This document shows, piece by piece, positions 61,311 to 64,000 of a stretch of DNA of 64,000 nt. Within the stretch, counting starts at the first letter, position 1, and every line of letters begins with the position of its first letter. The stretch covers positions 85,453 through 149,452 of the forward strand of contig CAWKAO010000003.1 of the NCBI GenBank assembly GCA_963847665.1, written 5' to 3'. A program made the position numbers and the translations under genes. The notes under the pieces are model-generated. The model made no database searches, was not told the origin of the DNA, and worked only from the letters and a program-made list of their open reading frames with translations. This DNA is from an uncultured Actinomycetes bacterium. Lineage in GTDB: Bacteria; Actinomycetota; Humimicrobiia; Humimicrobiales; Humimicrobiaceae.

Positions 61311-62927
61311 TTACTTCAAGTAATAAGGATAATACCTTAATCTGTAGACAGTCGAGATCTCCCCGCCATTAACAAGCACACTGTATACTTTATTTTTGGG
61401 ATTCAGGTATTCGTCTTCTTCAAACCTGTGGTTAATGATCAAATATTCAGTCTCTTCGAGAGTATTGACAAAAACAAGGCGCTCTTTATCCTGTTCAGAA
61501 AACATATATTCAGCAGCTTCATTACTGCCTTCTCTGGTCGTATAAGTTATCCTTTTCCTGTTATCTGTTTTTAAGATAAACTCCAGGGCGTCTTTATATG
61601 CCATGCCCCAGTAATCAAGTATAAACCTTCCTTTTACCACTTTCATATCCCTGCCAGCAAGAATATTGTAATAGATGTATTGATAGGGATGCTGCCTGAC
61701 CATAAGCTGGGTTATATATACCTGGTTCATGATAATAGCTGCAGCAAGAATCATAGCAGCAAGATTATAATATTTTATCTTTAACTTAGTAAATAATAGT
61801 CTATACATAAACTTTACTCCATTAAGGGCAAGTATCAGCAATGCCGGATATATAAAATACATCTGCCGCCAGCCGTTATATAATGTTGAACCTAATATTA
61901 TTACAGCAAGGACCGGAATAAAAAACCACATAATAGAGATAATGATAAATTTATTCTCCAAATAATAATCTATAAGGCCCTTTCTGAAGTGGCTGAAAAA
62001 ATATAAAAGTCCTATAAAGAATAGAATAGAGTAAGGTATTGGTGTCATTAGCAAAATATTAACAGGTAAATAGTGCCATGGTAAATCAAAACTCGATAAA
62101 TATTGCCCCATATATAAAAACCTTGTATCAAGGGGGAAATCAGACATTGTCTTTAATGCAGCGATAAAATTATTTAAGGGATCAGGAAGCAGCGCAGGCA
62201 TCAAGGCAAGAAAAACTATTATTGTCACAAACAGATAAATAAGAAGAATCATTATTTGTCTGTTAGTTTTTATATAAATGCTGTTATTAGTTTGTTTTTT
62301 TAATATTAATAGGTCAAGGATAAAAAATAATATTGTAAAAACAAAAATAAGAATACTGATTATTCTTAGGCCAGTTGCAATTCCAGTAACAATCCCATGT
62401 AAAAATGCATAACTTGCAGACCGCTTTTGCAGAAACCTGTAAAGTGTAAAAATTGCAATAATAAATAATGATAAGAATGGCAAGTCTTTAGGATTATAAA
62501 ATGAGTCAGCAAATATCCTAGGAGAAAGTACCAAAAAAACACTTCCAAGCAGGCCCAGTTTCCATGATTTAAAAATATTCCTGCAGAGAAAATAGAAAAA
62601 TATCACTGAGGTATAAAACAGTATAAAAGTAGCGTAATGCCTTAAAATAAATACTGTACTAGTATTATTAATATTAAAGATTCTTTCTATTATAGTTAAA
62701 ATAAGGGTGAAGGTGGTGCCATGGTATTTGTTGATATGTCCATAAATAGACCTATCGTTTCTTAATAATAATTTTATTGCTGAAATACCAAGATTTTTTT
62801 GAGAATTTTCATCCCAGGTGATCCCATAGTCTTTGACAGATAAAATACCAATTATCAAAAATATACTAAAAAATATTATTATAATTATCTTATGATTTCT
62901 ATCCGTAAAGTCTTTGATTTTATCCAT
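61311..62927 (-). CDS. GT-C-fold membrane glycosyltransferase (GtrC-type), paralog 3 of 4
   Basis: 538 aa. 'DYGITWDENSQKNLG', 'FYNPKDLPFLSLF' and 'LPWHYLPVNILLMTP'. Confidence 0.65.
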   Translation of the reverse strand: MDKIKDFTDRNHKIIIIIFFSIFLIIGILSVKDYGITWDENSQKNLGISAIKLLLRNDRSIYGHINKYHGTTFTLILTIIERIFNINNTSTVFILRHYATFILFYTSVIFFYFLCRNIFKSWKLGLLGSVFLVLSPRIFADSFYNPKDLPFLSLFIIAIFTLYRFLQKRSASYAFLHGIVTGIATGLRIISILIFVFTILFFILDLLILKKQTNNSIYIKTNRQIMILLIYLFVTIIVFLALMPALLPDPLNNFIAALKTMSDFPLDTRFLYMGQYLSSFDLPWHYLPVNILLMTPIPYSILFFIGLLYFFSHFRKGLIDYYLENKFIIISIMWFFIPVLAVIILGSTLYNGWRQMYFIYPALLILALNGVKFMYRLLFTKLKIKYYNLAAMILAAAIIMNQVYITQLMVRQHPYQYIYYNILAGRDMKVVKGRFILDYWGMAYKDALEFILKTDNRKRITYTTREGSNEAAEYMFSEQDKERLVFVNTLEETEYLIINHRFEEDEYLNPKNKVYSVLVNGGEISTVYRLRYYPYYLK

Positions 62928-62953
62928 TTGAAAAAATTATATATTAATTCTAT

Positions 62954-63997
62954 TTAACATTTACCGCTTAACGCACTGATAATTTTTTCAGCAGCATCAA
63001 AACCCATCTTGATCGCAATATGTCCATTGACATACTGAAACAGACCCTGCCTGCCTGCAGTTTCCAGATTATGTATTCCATCAAAGAAATCCTGCAGCTT
63101 TTTCAGATGCTTTTCATATCCAAGCTTATAGACCGGGTAACCATACCTGTACCTGTAGACATTTACCTCAAGAATATCATCTTTTGATGTTATATTTTCC
63201 CTGAAAACATCCTCCAGAGCTTTGCTCCTGCAATACTCATCATCGTTCCACCATATGTCATCTCCGCTGCTGCTTATTTCAGCAACAAGTATGGTCGTAT
63301 CTGGCAGTACCGTATCATGGCTGAAGTAAGAAGAATCATATATTCGGTTAAAGCTGTGTTCCCTGAAATACATAAAAGAAACAGGTAAAACTTTTGGTTT
63401 ATTTACAAGGATCCCGACAAATACAATGGACCTGAACTCTAAAAAATTAGCAGAGGCGATAATATCGGAAGACGGTACAGGATTTATACTTAAAATAGCT
63501 TCATTTATAGGCACTGTGCTTATGACTCCATCAAATTCATGGTTTTCTATTCTATCACTTTTCTTTATTGAAACACTTGAGACATGACTATTATCAATAT
63601 TTATATTGACCATCGATGAATTCAGGAGGATCTTCCCACCTGCCTTCCTGATCTCCTCTTCCATTTTCTCTATAATTCCCCTGTATCCCTTGGCAGTGGT
63701 AAAAAGCTGGCCATCGACATTTTCAACAAATTTTTCTGTACTATTTTTCCTGGAAAACCTTGTTCTTAACGGTGAGATCAATTTATTTAAAAATATGGAG
63801 GCAGAGATATTCGGTATTCTCTCCTTCGCAAATTCCGAAGAAAATTTATCAGGATATATTCCCCAGACGTGATATATGTAATCTTTAAAAAAAAGCTCAT
63901 ACAATATCCTGCCATAAAAACCCAGCAGCACAGTCTCTGAATTTTCTTTTTCCGGTTTCCTGATCTTTCTCTGCAGATTATTCTTAACGAGGCTCAA
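62954..63997 (-). CDS. FAD/NAD(P)-dependent oxidoreductase (amine-oxidase / phytoene-desaturase-like fold), C-terminal part. The N-terminus lies beyond the window end.
   Basis: C-terminal 'TAGRQGLFQYVNGHIAIKMGFDAAEKI' is typical of the FAD-binding C-terminal helix of this superfamily. The ORF is open to the window edge. Confidence 0.45.
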   Translation of the reverse strand: MSLVKNNLQRKIRKPEKENSETVLLGFYGRILYELFFKDYIYHVWGIYPDKFSSEFAKERIPNISASIFLNKLISPLRTRFSRKNSTEKFVENVDGQLFTTAKGYRGIIEKMEEEIRKAGGKILLNSSMVNINIDNSHVSSVSIKKSDRIENHEFDGVISTVPINEAILSINPVPSSDIIASANFLEFRSIVFVGILVNKPKVLPVSFMYFREHSFNRIYDSSYFSHDTVLPDTTILVAEISSSGDDIWWNDDEYCRSKALEDVFRENITSKDDILEVNVYRYRYGYPVYKLGYEKHLKKLQDFFDGIHNLETAGRQGLFQYVNGHIAIKMGFDAAEKIISALSGKC

Positions 63998-64000
63998 TAT

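Noticed and set aside
1-64000. Mobile element, prophage or integron content
   Set aside because: No transposase, integrase, recombinase, terminal inverted repeats or tRNA-adjacent boundaries were recognised. The gene duplications appear to be in situ paralog expansion.

Overview
AT-rich (~30% GC by eye) bacterial chromosomal segment, almost entirely a cell-surface glycan biosynthesis/export island. I found no rRNA, tRNA, CRISPR array, transposase, integrase or phage genes.

Gene order:
- (i) 906-13499, one long minus-strand operon with 1-8 nt gene overlaps: Wzz-like, GT2, GT4, GT2, Wzy-like, GT4, WbaP-like initiating phosphotransferase, a second large Wzy-like protein, then Wzm and Wzt (ABC exporter). 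A convergent GT4 fragment sits at the window start.
- (ii) 14410-20699, a minus-strand operon: Wzx flippase, GT-A-like protein, SDR epimerase, frameshifted rmlD, rmlC, GT4. A sugar-1-P nucleotidyltransferase (13605-14393) is transcribed divergently.
- (iii) 21021-24722: an ATP-grasp ligase plus a YfhO-type GT-C.
- (iv) 24711-27648, a decayed stretch: flippase-like, a second ATP-grasp paralog and an ABC ATPase all broken. An intact permease and a substrate-binding lipoprotein of a NitT/TauT-type importer follow.
- (v) 29686-33229: a NeuD/PglD-like acetyltransferase, a BKACE-family enzyme and a DUF4214 membrane protein.
- (vi) 33324-62927: the most unusual part. It contains four paralogous modules, each a polyprenyl-phosphate-sugar synthase (GtrB/ArnC-like GT2) with a ~540-aa GT-C-fold membrane glycosyltransferase; one GT-C copy is a pseudogene. 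At least four further distinct GT-C-like polytopic proteins are present; two of them share an unrecognised ~120-aa C-terminal domain. Two TolB-like PD40 beta-propeller proteins flank one of the GT-C paralogs. A DegT aminotransferase, a decayed TviB/TviC-like UDP-sugar dehydrogenase/epimerase pair, a flippase-like protein and one unknown soluble protein are also here.

Two general points:
- Many genes carry frameshifts or nonsense codons. Some sit in homopolymer runs. Others are not homopolymer-associated (a TAA substitution; a 2-nt indel), which favours real gene decay over pure sequencing error.
- Almost no gene has a Shine-Dalgarno sequence upstream.

All calls rest on reading the translated ORFs, motifs and nucleotide sequence by eye. 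No database searches were run.
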